A stretch of DNA of 64,000 nt from a virus. Positions 25,191-36,240 of the stretch are shown here, one piece after another. Within the stretch, counting starts at the first letter, position 1. Each line of letters begins with the position of its first letter. The DNA is taken from positions 36,881 to 100,880 of IMG/VR virus record IMGVR_UViG_3300044981_000021; one strand, given 5' to 3'. The notes beneath the pieces are model-generated. The model saw only the letters and a program-made list of their open reading frames with translations, ran no database searches and was not told the origin of the DNA. Both the position numbers and the translations under genes were made by a program.

Positions 25191-26384
25191 CTAGCCAATT
25201 TTGCTAAGGATGGAATATACGCTAGTGCCAATAAGCCCTTCAGTCTTATTCCACACGTAAGCCTCCGCAGACCGAATCGAGCCGACATAGTTATATTCGG
25301 AACTCCATGCATCGGGCGGGCGAAGAGACGGTAGTATTCTTATGGTTACCCCAGGGAACTCGATTGTTCTCTTGTGGTGTTTATCTCCCGTGTGTGCCTC
25401 CCGCCATTTCGTTCTTCCCCACATCGCGGGTTGCTCCGCAGCCATGGTTTTTCCGTAGTCTTCGATCTTCCCTGCATGGCCATGGGTAAAGAGAAGCATA
25501 TTAGTACCGAATTCATAATATTTTCTGAACGACGGTTCATTGTTCACATTAACAGCGTTGCAGTTTCTATACCACGACTTCAGGCTGTCGCCCAAATGCC
25601 ACGCAGATAATGGGTCGTGGTTTCCGGCCACCAAGACAACATCTACGCTTTTATATTGACCAAGCAGTGCATCAATAGCCCAAATAGAACAATCGCGAGA
25701 TACGCTGAAAACCTTTTGATACCGACCATCCATGTTCTGCGGTGTTCCTCGTTCCGTGGTTCCAATGCGATTGTCTGCATTTTGCTGATCGTTGCCCAAT
25801 ACAAGTAGCGCTTTATCCGGCCTGTATCCTTCCGTCCGCGACACTAGCGCAGAAAGCGCGTTTTCCCAACACGTCTTAGCAATTTTCAGATCGTAGTCTT
25901 CGCCTCCGGTTTCTTTGCCCCAAATCAAGGCTCCGAAGTGGTGGTCGTTGATGGAGAACTCGGCTAGCGTTTCTGTTCCCTTGCCTTGTTTAGCTAGCGT
26001 CGGATATTTGGGGGAGAACTTCTCGGCCTTTTTGCGGAGTTCATTTAATTCGCCAAGTGCGGCAACGATTACGGTTTTTCTCCGCAAAAACGCCTTCACT
26101 TGGTATAACTCAACGATAACGGGATTGGTTTTTGTGCGAACCCATATAGGCTTTCCGTTGACGTATTCTGCGACCTTTGGTTGAGACATTCCCACATCCC
26201 ATTTATTGCAAATGAAGCGCTCGACTTCCCAAACGGCTAAATCAATTTTGCAATGCTCGATAAGTTGTTCGAGTGTGTGTATGCGAGTTTTGGGGAGAGA
26301 AATCGTCCACAAGTCTCCGGCTATTTCGCTCGTTTCTTTCGGTGTTTTTGTTTGTGGCACAGGACCAACTTCGGTAATCTTCAT
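25191..26384 (-). CDS. Calcineurin-like metallophosphoesterase
   Basis: DHH, GND, GNHD, HGH, GDKH motifs. Confidence 0.85.
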   Translation of the reverse strand: MKITEVGPVPQTKTPKETSEIAGDLWTISLPKTRIHTLEQLIEHCKIDLAVWEVERFICNKWDVGMSQPKVAEYVNGKPIWVRTKTNPVIVELYQVKAFLRRKTVIVAALGELNELRKKAEKFSPKYPTLAKQGKGTETLAEFSINDHHFGALIWGKETGGEDYDLKIAKTCWENALSALVSRTEGYRPDKALLVLGNDQQNADNRIGTTERGTPQNMDGRYQKVFSVSRDCSIWAIDALLGQYKSVDVVLVAGNHDPLSAWHLGDSLKSWYRNCNAVNVNNEPSFRKYYEFGTNMLLFTHGHAGKIEDYGKTMAAEQPAMWGRTKWREAHTGDKHHKRTIEFPGVTIRILPSLRPPDAWSSEYNYVGSIRSAEAYVWNKTEGLIGTSVYSILSKIG

Positions 26385-26677
26385 TGATTCTCCAGTTGTT
26401 TTGAGTATTTACGGGCAGCAATAATACCGCGAGGATTACCGAAAACATAAAAACATTTACTGCCGCGATGGTCTAGAAAAGAATAAAAGGAAAGTCTGAC
26501 ATTATGCCGCGCCCAATCGTAGACCGTTTCCCTGCGACCTATTTGAAGAAGTTCCATAACATCCCAAATAGTCAATACTTCATCGTCGGGAAGGGAATCG
26601 AGAATTTCTATTAAGCGATCTATCTTCGTGGGCAACCTTTTAGTTGCACGCATACGGCGGAGTATAAAGCATGGCAC
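26381..26677 (-). CDS. HTH-like protein
   Basis: LTIWDVMELLQIGRRETVYDW. Confidence 0.5.
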   Translation of the reverse strand: MPCFILRRMRATKRLPTKIDRLIEILDSLPDDEVLTIWDVMELLQIGRRETVYDWARHNVRLSFYSFLDHRGSKCFYVFGNPRGIIAARKYSKQLENQ

Positions 26678-26723
26678 ACTATTTTGTGCAAGTTTATTTT
26701 TTCGATGGATCAGAAAAGTACAT

Positions 26724-26996
26724 TTAACGTAGGTGCTGGCGCACTTCCTCTAGCGTGACCAGCTTCTTAACTTCATCTCTAATTTCTCTCAGCGTTTCGC
26801 CCATTCCTTGATTTGCTAGTTCCTCTCTTACGGCGATCCGGAATTCCGTTTTCCAATAATCCACCGACTTCTCCCCTGAATTACCGTTGCCATTCCTGCC
26901 GTTTCTAATCTTGGCTACAAACGTGAAGGTTTTGTCGAGGACGAGGACGCAGAAGGCGCAAGCCCCCGCTAGTTCTGGCATTGAGATATCGGGCAT
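26724..26996 (-). CDS. Membrane-anchored coiled-coil protein
   Basis: N-terminal TM segment, C-terminal coiled coil; stop lies inside the palindrome. Confidence 0.55.
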   Translation of the reverse strand: MPDISMPELAGACAFCVLVLDKTFTFVAKIRNGRNGNGNSGEKSVDYWKTEFRIAVREELANQGMGETLREIRDEVKKLVTLEEVRQHLR

Positions 26997-27057
26997 GGCG
27001 AACTCCAATTTGGCGAAGTTTCTAAAACGCCAAGTAGATGCCATTCTAGGGGAGTTG

Positions 27058-27420
27058 CTACTTGCGCCATTTGACGGTAACTTCTGGGCGTGGATATAGC
27101 ACTAGGAGACGTTCACACATCTCGCCAACCGAGCATGGCTCGAAATGGCTACTGCGAAGTTCGTTCGGGCTGAATTCTGGGCACCTGCAAATCGGGCAAT
27201 AAATCTGGTTGTCTCGAATCGAAAATAGCAGATCGCGCAATTTGCACATGTCGATATTTCCTACAACAAGCGGCGGGTCAGATTTTTCTTTGGATACGAA
27301 TATGCCAACCTGCTCGGCTAGCAATATTTCTGGATTGATGTCTAAATTGGCTAGCTGCGTTGGTTCGGGAGTGGTTACATCTAACGGAAATGGCGGATTG
27401 TGGTGTCCATGTTTGGTCAT
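27058..27420 (-). CDS. Hypothetical protein
   Basis: ORF with CPIC..H..C. Confidence 0.45.
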   Translation of the reverse strand: MTKHGHHNPPFPLDVTTPEPTQLANLDINPEILLAEQVGIFVSKEKSDPPLVVGNIDMCKLRDLLFSIRDNQIYCPICRCPEFSPNELRSSHFEPCSVGEMCERLLVLYPRPEVTVKWRK

Positions 27421-27421
27421 A

Positions 27422-27628
27422 TTATGCATTCCCGGCCACGTACAGATAGACGAGCGGTATCGGTGGCGCTTCCTGCATGGTCTTATAGATATCATCAGGA
27501 AGGCGATTTAGGGTTTCTGTGGTCAAGGTGGAATACCCGAGATGCGCGTTAGAAACGAAAAAATCGTGGGCGCTTTCGTATTTAATCAGCCGATCAGCGC
27601 CGACTAGGATGATGGTAACTTTATTCAT
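27422..27628 (-). CDS. Hypothetical protein
   Basis: Coupled small ORF. Confidence 0.45.
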   Translation of the reverse strand: MNKVTIILVGADRLIKYESAHDFFVSNAHLGYSTLTTETLNRLPDDIYKTMQEAPPIPLVYLYVAGNA

Positions 27629-28034
27629 TGTCTGGCCAGTTAATGTGATCTGGTCGTTCTTTCGGTTTCGTAATGACAACCTCCATGCTAGACTCTCCCG
27701 CTGGTACTACAAATCCTCTTGGGCCACGATGGCGAGCTTCTATCTTCCATGCGATTGCTTCCATTTGGTAACGGTCTAGGGAATTGATTTGAGTGTAGCT
27801 CGTGCATTCATAAACGCGGAACGGAACATTCCCGCGAAGATGAGAAAACATGTCGGCCCGACAATGAATTACCAATTCGCCGTTCTGCCCCTTAACGATA
27901 CCCGCATCTCGGCATGTCATACATAACGACTTCCCCGATTGCGGTGTGCCATCTTTTATTCGGACTCTCATTTTAGGCTTTACGCGCCGATTAAATATAG
28001 CATCAAGAAGTCGATCCTCGGGAGATTTTATCAT
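27621..28034 (-). CDS. Hypothetical Cys-motif protein
   Basis: 137 aa; CMTC..C..C. Confidence 0.55.
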   Translation of the reverse strand: MIKSPEDRLLDAIFNRRVKPKMRVRIKDGTPQSGKSLCMTCRDAGIVKGQNGELVIHCRADMFSHLRGNVPFRVYECTSYTQINSLDRYQMEAIAWKIEARHRGPRGFVVPAGESSMEVVITKPKERPDHINWPDNE

Positions 28035-28294
28035 TTCTTCTTGCGGGGTCGCGTTTGTAAATCATGCGTCACAAAGGCGTGGCAGTTGCAGCACAGGACT
28101 TTACACTTGGCCAATTCTACCCGTAGCGAAACTTCGTCCAACCTCTTACCCTCGGTGCCAAGGTTAATAGATTTAGCTCCGAGATGATGAAGTTCGAGCA
28201 CGAAGAATGGGTACCGCGCCCCACACTGTTCGCAACCGCGAGATTCCTTGAAATCCCTTATTAGTTGCAGGGCAATCCGCTGTGTCCACTTCAC
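28031..28294 (-). CDS. HNH-like endonuclease
   Basis: GCEQCG..LELHH..ELAKCKVLCCNCH. Confidence 0.75.
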   Translation of the reverse strand: MKWTQRIALQLIRDFKESRGCEQCGARYPFFVLELHHLGAKSINLGTEGKRLDEVSLRVELAKCKVLCCNCHAFVTHDLQTRPRKKK

Positions 28295-28560
28295 ATTCCC
28301 GACCCACGACATCTAGCACAAGCCGCCGTAGACCACAGTTTACACAATGGATTCATGTCCAAGAACCATATTTCTTGTTTGCTATATCGTGTTGGAGCGT
28401 AAATGGCGTTGGGGTTAGGCCAAACCGATGTCGGGTAGGCCGCCCGTGCAGGATATGTGCGACCACGCCAATCGTAGGCTTCGTACACGGGGCCGTGCTC
28501 CACGATGTCTCCCGTAACACCTGCGGAGACTTCGCCTCGGCCATGACATACTGGACACAT
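28291..28560 (-). CDS. Protein with DnaJ-like CxxCxGxG motifs
   Basis: CPVCHGRG...CARCRGSG. Confidence 0.55.
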   Translation of the reverse strand: MCPVCHGRGEVSAGVTGDIVEHGPVYEAYDWRGRTYPARAAYPTSVWPNPNAIYAPTRYSKQEIWFLDMNPLCKLWSTAACARCRGSGM

Positions 28561-28563
28561 TTA

Positions 28564-28710
28564 CTAGCCTTTGACTTTTTTGAGATTCTTGTTCTTGGCC
28601 TTAGCTGCCGGGCTTGCCCGACGAGTTGCGGAGGCTAATTCTGCGCTAGCTCGTTCTTTGGATATGCCTTGTTTCTTGGCCATGCCCGATGCTACTGATT
28701 TAAAGCTCAT
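28564..28710 (-). CDS. Small basic protein
   Basis: MSFKSVASGMAKKQGISKERASAELASATRRASPAAK. Confidence 0.55.
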   Translation of the reverse strand: MSFKSVASGMAKKQGISKERASAELASATRRASPAAKAKNKNLKKVKG

Positions 28711-28762
28711 GTCGTATTTCTCCACAATCGGAAGTTTCCGATGCGGCAATAATAACATGCTG

Positions 28763-29467
28763 TTAAGTTTTCGCAAGTAGGGTTTGTTTCTTCAACCAGA
28801 ACTGAGCGGAATCGGGCAGGTTTATGAGTTTGATATTGTTTTCCGAAAGCCATTCTAGGAACGTGAGTTTTGGCTTTTTGGATGATTGCAGGACTTTTTG
28901 CGTGAATTCTGTTATGGCCAAGGCTTCAGGAAGCAATCTCACTTCGCGATTGTAATTTAGCTTCAATAAGCTTTTCTCGTAGCTCTCGGCAGGCGTTACA
29001 ATTGGCATCGGGCTTTCCTTTGTGTGAAACGCGAATATGGTTGTCTAGTGCTATCTGCCACTGCTCCGCACAGCGAGCGTTGGTATTGCGAACCCCGTTG
29101 CGGGCTACGCGGGTACCGGGATAAATGTTCATCCAAACATAGTCTTTCATGCGGCGTTGCTTTTCTTGGCTTTTGGCTTAGGCGGATTCTTGAGCCACAA
29201 CTTGGCCGCTTGGCGAGTGCGGGTCGGAAGAAACCTATTGGCCGCGACTTGTTGCAATATTCTCGCCTTGACGTTGTTGCCCGCGAGGATAACAGAATAT
29301 CGACAGGAGTATAGCCTGCCAACGGCCACGTCCCTAGCAATCTTCCTGCTAAAAGGATCAATCGGATTGTGGGTAGAAACAGTGAATCTAACTCCATCAA
29401 CCCCTAGGTCGCTAGCCACAAACGCGCATGGCCATTTCTTTTTGTCGTGCAGAAAAAAGCCTTTCAT
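28763..29467 (-). CDS. Small hypothetical genes (28763-29008, 29147-29467 and probably a short ORF between them)
   Basis: Coupled ORFs; 29147-29467 has a GGAGG RBS and DPFSRKIAR..A.GR motif. Confidence 0.45.
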
Positions 29468-29644
29468 TCTTCCTCCATGATCTTGCGAACAATCTCGGCA
29501 ACCTCGTGGTCACTCAGCCGGGATAGGCTATTCTTCCACCACAGCCTAGACTTTAGCCACCACCACCACTTTCGGATCATAACTATCTAGGTGCCGATTA
29601 TGGCGCTACGGGTTCAGGCTCGACGGGAACACTTACGGGTTCGT

Positions 29645-30424
29645 CTATGCGACTTGGTTCTCGCTCTGGTTCTGCGGGGACAGGAACGACAACAGGTTCG
29701 ACCGTAAAGACTCTTTTGATTTCTCCGATATCCACCTTGTGCCTCCATTTTTGAATTTACGTTTTTGCCACCAACTAAACTTCTGACATGGAATGCCGTA
29801 TCGTTCAGCAATCTCTCGAATCTCTTGTTCTTGCCCATCGACGATAAACAACTTGGCGGGATAGGCGAACTCTGCCCGATATCCATCGTCACCTTCAAGA
29901 ATATTACCCCATAAGTAGACTAAGCCTAGCACGCCGTTCAATCTGGGGAATATTCCAGCGGGGTCGGCAACGGACGGAGAACTACATTTGTTGATACGGT
30001 AGAAGATGGGGTCGATATTTTTCCTAGCGTATATCCCGCAACTGCAACTACGATGCGGCATTGGCAATGAACTAAACGTACAACTATAGCAAATGGCGGT
30101 CTTTTGCGTTTTAGGAAGCCACGGGCCACGATGATTAAAGTGCAGGCTGTCAAGGCTCTTGCCGTTAATGTTCCACATCCGCCACGCCAAGATGGGCTGT
30201 GTGTAAGTAGCGCCGTCGATTTGTTCGGCTTCAGGCTTAGGAAATGAAATGATTGGCCATTCGCGCGTGTTTACATAAGCGCCTAGTAGCACAACCCAAG
30301 CAACCGAGCCAACCGCTGCCCAAAACAAGGGACGACTAGATGGATGAAATACACCGCGAAGATTGACCGCCACGAGAAATAAATAGAACACATCAAGCCA
30401 AACCAAAGCCCACTTAACTCGCAT
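29645..30424 (-). CDS. Membrane-anchored hypothetical protein
   Basis: Two TM helices followed by AWRMW..CSCGIYA..LWG..GYRA. Confidence 0.65.
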   Translation of the reverse strand: MRVKWALVWLDVFYLFLVAVNLRGVFHPSSRPLFWAAVGSVAWVVLLGAYVNTREWPIISFPKPEAEQIDGATYTQPILAWRMWNINGKSLDSLHFNHRGPWLPKTQKTAICYSCTFSSLPMPHRSCSCGIYARKNIDPIFYRINKCSSPSVADPAGIFPRLNGVLGLVYLWGNILEGDDGYRAEFAYPAKLFIVDGQEQEIREIAERYGIPCQKFSWWQKRKFKNGGTRWISEKSKESLRSNLLSFLSPQNQSENQVA

Positions 30425-30758
30425 GTTCCCTCTTTTTGGTCATCTCCTCCGCGTACTCGATAGCGCAAAGGATGTATTCGTTGACGCTCAACTCTGACCT
30501 AGCGGCAGAAGTCTTGATCTGCTCGAACTGCTCCGTAGACCTGAAACGTAGTTGCATGACAGGGCGAAGTTTCATAAGAATTTCTGCATTCTCGCGTAGC
30601 ATCCCGGTTCCCACAATTTGCCTTGATCGGTACCTATAATCTACGGTGCAATTGCCGTTGGGGGCGTAGTAGTCGAAAAGGAAGGCGGGCATATCCTGCT
30701 TAGGCTTGTGGCACCCAAGATTAACGGCTAGCAAAAAACCAATAATCGCTCGCCTCAC
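30414..30758 (-). CDS. Hypothetical protein with a C-terminal RHH/HicB-like segment
   Basis: QLRF..QIKTSAARSELSVNEYI. Confidence 0.55.
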   Translation of the reverse strand: MRRAIIGFLLAVNLGCHKPKQDMPAFLFDYYAPNGNCTVDYRYRSRQIVGTGMLRENAEILMKLRPVMQLRFRSTEQFEQIKTSAARSELSVNEYILCAIEYAEEMTKKREHAS

Positions 30759-32390
30759 GCCAACCCTCCATGGGTAGTGTCGGTTTGCAAGGCATCGTCA
30801 ATTCTGTAGATTAAGTCTTGTACGTCTTCGGCCCAGCAACTACATGGACCAGATTCTTCCGCATATTGGATGTAGTCAGGAGACTTCGGGCAGGTCGGCG
30901 CACCGTCGCCATTGTTGTGATTTCTGAACCGCAAGAGCATTTGGTACATCTCGGCTTGTAGGGCGGGAGGGATTTTCATTTCTTCAACCTCTTGGCCTTG
31001 TTTAGCTGATTGGTGAACTTGGTGACTAACTTCTCCCAACCATCCGCCCGAACGTGACCCTTTAGTTCACCGCCGTAGATTTGGCGGTCGTTGATAAAGA
31101 CGCCGACATTGTAATCGGAAACATCGGCTAGTTTGCTCTTGTTTGTGAAAACCACGATTAGCGCCATACGTTTAATGTACTTTCTTGGTCCACTGGTCAC
31201 AAACCCCTATCATCATCGGCCCGAGCGGCTCGTTATGTATCGCGGTACACTCCCATTCTGCATAATTAAGGATGATTGGTTGACGATCCAACTCGACCCT
31301 CGTGCGATAAATCGTCAACAGATATCCGCAGTAGAGACAAATTGATATCGCAACAACTGCCCACTGTTTCTTGAGCATACATTTAATGTACTTATTTCTT
31401 TTGTCGTTCGTTGAGGATTAGCATTTGTGACATTACGGCCCACGCGACTGCTAATGTTGCCTTAGCGGTAGCATCGTGGAAGTCGTACCAAAGCGCGAAT
31501 CCGAGATTTGTGGTGGTTACAACCGAAAGCAATAATATCCACATACAACATGAGATGATATCACTTCTTGGAAAGTTTCAGTTTATGAATGACGAACATG
31601 GCCACGGGAACGACAAAAAGCACAACGGTCCAAGGCTTGACAATAGTAGCGAACAATGCGGGAAAGTGTATACCTACAGTGATCCCGCCAATGGCCAGGA
31701 CGTACCAACTACAGCCGAGGATGATTTGCAGGCGGTAGAACACCCCTAGTCTCCCGTTTTACGCCAGTAGGACCAGTCAGAGAAAGAAGCGATTTTCTCT
31801 CCGTTGGGATTTTTATCTGTCGGGTAGGCAAAAATCATAAGAACCCTGCCATCGTCACAGTAAGTTACATTTTTGAAGGCGAAGGTTACTTTTCCGGTTG
31901 TGGTTGGAGTGGGCGGTTCAAAACAAACAACTTCAACTTGCATGGGTTTACTCCGTAAATTATTGAAACGCAGCCTATTCCACGCTCTTTTGGGCGGCAC
32001 GTGGTACCCGGAGTTCCCTAGACTTATGTCGATCTAAGCGGGATCGACTGCCGGTTGTGGGTGAAACCCGCTGCGTTTCTTCCTCACCTATACACTACGG
32101 CGGGGAAAGCGTCAAGAAATGTTTTTATTTTCACCAGAACACCCCGAAAGCGGGGGTTTCGTTACAAAGAATAGCAACTGTACCCTTATGTTGGTTGTTT
32201 AGTGGCTAAAGCTCCGCTGTATAGGTACTTCTTTTAATCCTAAAGCCTTACGGAGCATATTTGCATACCAATCGCATTCTTCTTTGTTTCCATCGTAATC
32301 AAGCTTAAAGGATTGAACTCCTGAAATAATCCATACCCTACACTTCTGGCTGCGGTAACGTCGAACTTCAATCTCTACTTTCTTCGCCAT
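30755..32390 (-). CDS. Run of small hypothetical genes (30755-30979, 30976-31167, 31172-31378, 31392-31544, 31561-31743, 31746-31943, 32199-32390), several membrane proteins
   Basis: Tightly coupled short ORFs; three have TM segments. Confidence 0.5.
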
Positions 32391-32870
32391 AAATACATTA
32401 GATGTATTTTGAAAGAAAATTGTCGCAAACTTCTGACAAATTAACATATCGTTGACCATAAAGCACTTACGGTTAAATATATGACACCTTAAGAAAAACA
32501 TGGGGTGAGTAGTAAGCACTCGCACTTCCCTATCTTTGGGCACCTACCCCGCCCCCTAAAACCGATTACCACCCTACAGTCTCGCCTACTCTCTCGCGCA
32601 TTGCCTGGATTCGCCTTTTGTTCGCTCATTTTGGCGTAATGTTCGGAAGCTTTCGGGGGCAACTCTATGATTCTAATGGGTCCAGTGGTACGCATTATTA
32701 CATACTGGGTAAGGATTGTGGCCGCATCGTGGCCGCTAGAATCCCGATGTAATCCCTACTAGATTAGTAGTGATTCGGCGCCAACTAATTAATTAATTGT
32801 GCGTCCTGCGGTGCAACGTTTTACTTGTGGTCCGCATCGGATGGTTTGGAGGTGAAAAATAGCAATAACG

Positions 32871-33128
32871 GTGATTCAGACTTGGAGCACTCGCGGGATG
32901 CGGTATCAAGTGGAGCTAACTAAACAATTGGCCGACAACAATCAAGAATGGTATGAGGTACGGGAGTATACTCGCGGACGACTAGCGAGTTGTGCGGTAC
33001 TTAATACGCTAGAATCCGCCACAAATCGACTAGCATTGGCAATTGAACTAGGCAAGCTGGACGGTATCAATGCAACTAATCGCGGTGAATTGGCATCTGT
33101 GGTGATAGGAGGATTCGGCCATGAATAA
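32871..33128 (+). CDS. Hypothetical protein
   Basis: 85-aa ORF after GGAGG. Confidence 0.5.
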   Translation: MIQTWSTRGMRYQVELTKQLADNNQEWYEVREYTRGRLASCAVLNTLESATNRLALAIELGKLDGINATNRGELASVVIGGFGHE

Positions 33129-33345
33129 AGCAGCATTAGAGATTAAGCGAGCTAACCCGACACTCACAGATGCGGACGCTATCTGGCAAGAAAAGCATAA
33201 TCGAGCCGGGCAGACCTGCTAGCTTGTCCTATATGGCCGCGCAAGCTGTAAGGATGAATCTGCTGGCAATTCACCGCGAATTAAGCTTTGTCCCACTAGA
33301 TGCGGCAGAATCCTTCCTCGACTGATCTCCCGCTATTCCCCTACT

Positions 33346-33370
33346 AGCCTAGCTAAATGCTGGGCTTTTT
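33346..33370 (+). terminator. Intrinsic terminator
   Basis: AGCCTAGC-TAAAT-GCTGGGCT-TTTT. Confidence 0.6.
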
Positions 33371-33665
33371 ATTGTCCTTCCGTAACCTTGCACTCGATAT
33401 CATCTCAGGCTAGCCTAGGTTCGGGAGGTTATTCCAATGAGCGTTATATGGCAGTCGCATGAACGTGGCGAGTTAGAAACCTTTGTAGAGTGGACATTGC
33501 GCTGGCTAGGACGCTATTACAGAGCAAGAAAATAGCCTAGGCTTGTTAGGACCTAGGCTAGCAGGTACATTTAATGTACTTCTCGTTAATCGTCCGTATC
33601 GAACCATTCCCCTAGCACGATTACAATCCCGACTAGGGTTAGCATTGCCACAAAGCCTAGCAGAT

Positions 33666-33896
33666 TCATAGCGCGAATTGTCCCCCTTGCCTTGGTTTCG
33701 CTCGCATCTCTTGCTCTGTACGCGCTAGCGGGAATGGTAGTTCCTCAGTTTTTGGTTCGTCCTTACGCTTGCCAGCCCAGACTAGCCATTGCGGACCGTA
33801 AGCTAATTGATACTCGCCTACTAGGTACACACAATCCCGAGGCGAACAATGATCTATTACTTCCACTTGTCCGCGATACTTGCCGTAGATTTTCAA
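33666..33896 (-). CDS. Hypothetical protein
   Basis: KIYGKYRGQVEVID..YLVGEYQLAYG..W. Confidence 0.55.
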   Translation of the reverse strand: MKIYGKYRGQVEVIDHCSPRDCVYLVGEYQLAYGPQWLVWAGKRKDEPKTEELPFPLARTEQEMRAKPRQGGQFAL

Positions 33897-34315
33897 GATC
33901 GTACCTCTTGAACGTAGGACGAAGGAATAACACACTCACAAAAATATCCCGACCTATCCTCTAGTGGGTCCGGTACTAGCTTTCGCGTAATGGTTTGCGG
34001 TACGTCTAATTGGACAATCGCAGGCTTCGCGTTAGGCTCTACCCTATACGAAAGCTTGCGCGGTTTATCGTCCTTTCCGCCATCTATAGGTGTACCGTAT
34101 GGTGCACGTTCGTACTTAGTGCGAAACAAAGCATACATCCTTGCCAAGTCTAGGTCTGTAGTCAAATAGATGTATGGTTTTTGTTCGTTTGGTAGATCGT
34201 GCAATTTGATACCGCGATTGTCTACTAGTCGAAAACTTGTTTCCCGATGCGGAATCAATCCCTCTCGCTGAATTGCTCTAGCCGCATCTAGCGTAGTTCC
34301 ATGATAGAAAATCAC
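33893..34315 (-). CDS. ADP-ribosyltransferase/Tpt1-fold protein
   Basis: FYHGT..AIQREGL; IYLTTD..A..YA. Confidence 0.65.
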   Translation of the reverse strand: MIFYHGTTLDAARAIQREGLIPHRETSFRLVDNRGIKLHDLPNEQKPYIYLTTDLDLARMYALFRTKYERAPYGTPIDGGKDDKPRKLSYRVEPNAKPAIVQLDVPQTITRKLVPDPLEDRSGYFCECVIPSSYVQEVRS

Positions 34316-35534
34316 AGATTCTCTCCTCTCCAGTTTGGCATGTATTGTCCCTCCGTAATCAAATTGTCTAACAGATCGGGAGTATTTGGTATGCCCGCTG
34401 TAGCTGTAAAGCTTTCCCTCTCGGGAGTATTCATTCCCAAGCCTAGCGCGTCCGCTACGTTTTGTACTGTAGCTTCCCAGGCTCCGTTTGTGTATGGAAT
34501 AGGCTTTGTTATGGCGAGCGCTCGTGCTATTGCATCGGGATTCGGTTTAGGTTCCCAGATCATATGCTAACTCCATTCTGTAAGAGATAGGCCGCGTAGA
34601 ACGTTTGCCAGTCCGCGTCCGGCTTCCCTTGCGATACCTCTAGCTTATGATGTTCGTTGTATGCTGCGGTAAGCTTGTCCGCTAGCGCCTGTATGCGCTC
34701 TAGGCATATGCTAGCCTCACTATCAGTAGAGGCTAGGTGACATGGTGCGGTATAGTTTGGCTCTTGATTCGATTCAAGTTTTCCGAACATTATCGTTTAT
34801 CTCCCATGAGCGAATATTCGCGGATATCCTTTACGATATCGAATGCTAGCCATAATGGCTGGATTGTACGCTCTAGACTTTTACCTTTGGCCGATTGAAT
34901 AGCGCGGCCTAGCGCGACGTATGCTAGGTGTACGTGTTTTGTAGTTTCTTGCATTGCTCCCTCTTTTTGCGATGCTAACGATTGCTAGTTGCATCAATAG
35001 GCGGACACTCATAATATCCGCCTAATGTCGCAATTAGTTATCAATATCTCCTAGGAACGAACCACCGGGAAACAAACGATCTACAATTGTGGACATGGTT
35101 AATTCCCCCATAGTCCCGAGGATACCCGCTGTATACCCATGTTTCCGCAATAGCAATACTGCCATTGCAGCTATTACGAAAATTGAGATACGAATAAGAT
35201 GTTTTGAGCGCTTGGGAAGCTTTTTAAGTTTGTTCGTTTTCATCGGCCAATACCTCCGAGAATGAGCGATAGAATAGACAAAGCAGCTACTAGGCTAGCT
35301 GCCATGTATAGGCGAATGAGCAATCCGCCTACAGTTTCAGGATTGAAAATCAGAGACAATTTAGTTTGCATGATATCCCTCGGAGTTGAGTTGCATTAAC
35401 GTGAAAATCGCGGATTCGACGGCCACAATACCGTCTTTAATCTCATTCGACAGTCGCAATTCCACACGATTGCTACGCGCCATGACATAGGCTTCGCGTA
35501 ATTCAGTTTGTGCTTTGAGTAGTTTTTGTTTCAT
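34312..35534 (-). CDS. Run of small early-type genes (34312-34563, 34560-34790, 34790-34954, 35034-35243, 35361-35534)
   Basis: Coupled ORFs with GGAG/GAGG RBSs. Confidence 0.5.
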
Positions 35535-35872
35535 CGGTACGTCCCCATTGCAGCATCTTTCTGTTTTTTGTCTAGCTTTGGATAGGCGATTTCCGCAAGA
35601 TGCCAAGCTTCGCTTTCCGATGCTAGATCATTGTTTTTTTGTGCGGGAGAATTCAGCATCTCGCCTATTAGGTGTCCGAACTCGTGCGCGAGCGAACTAG
35701 CTGTATTCTGCATTCCCTTGTACGGAATCCCGCGATACTCTAATTCCTCTTTGTCTACTGCGGGAGTTAACAGAATCGTGTATTCTTTGTTTCCCTCCTT
35801 CTGAAGATGCGAGGATTCCGCGCGGTTTTCGCCATCTAGCCATACGCTTACTTTGCCTAACAGTTTTTTCAC
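35531..35872 (-). CDS. ImmA/IrrE-like HExxH metallopeptidase
   Basis: LAHEFGH...ESEAW. Confidence 0.65.
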   Translation of the reverse strand: MKKLLGKVSVWLDGENRAESSHLQKEGNKEYTILLTPAVDKEELEYRGIPYKGMQNTASSLAHEFGHLIGEMLNSPAQKNNDLASESEAWHLAEIAYPKLDKKQKDAAMGTYR

Positions 35873-36240
35873 TGTGCATCCTCCTTGTTGCAGATTGCTT
35901 CTATCCAAGCACCATTGCTACCCTTGAGGCGAACCACTACGCTATAAATTGCGATTCCCTCTTTGAGTAGCATGGAGCACAATTCGCGGGCACTCGCAAG
36001 AGCCATTAACTCGCAACTAATGCCCGTCCAATGTGGCGCAAGCTTGCCAAAACGATTGTCAAAGTAGGTTTGAATCTCCTCGTTATTCATTACGAAACCA
36101 GACTTTGACAGATGCGAATCGTTAGCATTGATGCGGACAAAGTATTGATAGTTTTTGGTCCGCATGCTCGCACACTTACATGGTGTAGGCACCATGTTTG
36201 CAGCATGGAAACTGCCGGAACGTTCTAGGGATACGTGCAT
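35869..36240 (-). CDS. Degenerate QueD/PTPS-like T-fold protein
   Basis: SFHAAN..KC..NY..GFVM..SCELMA..SVVVRL..AWIE follows the QueD motif order, but without the His/Glu ligands. Confidence 0.5.
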   Translation of the reverse strand: MHVSLERSGSFHAANMVPTPCKCASMRTKNYQYFVRINANDSHLSKSGFVMNNEEIQTYFDNRFGKLAPHWTGISCELMALASARELCSMLLKEGIAIYSVVVRLKGSNGAWIEAICNKEDAQ

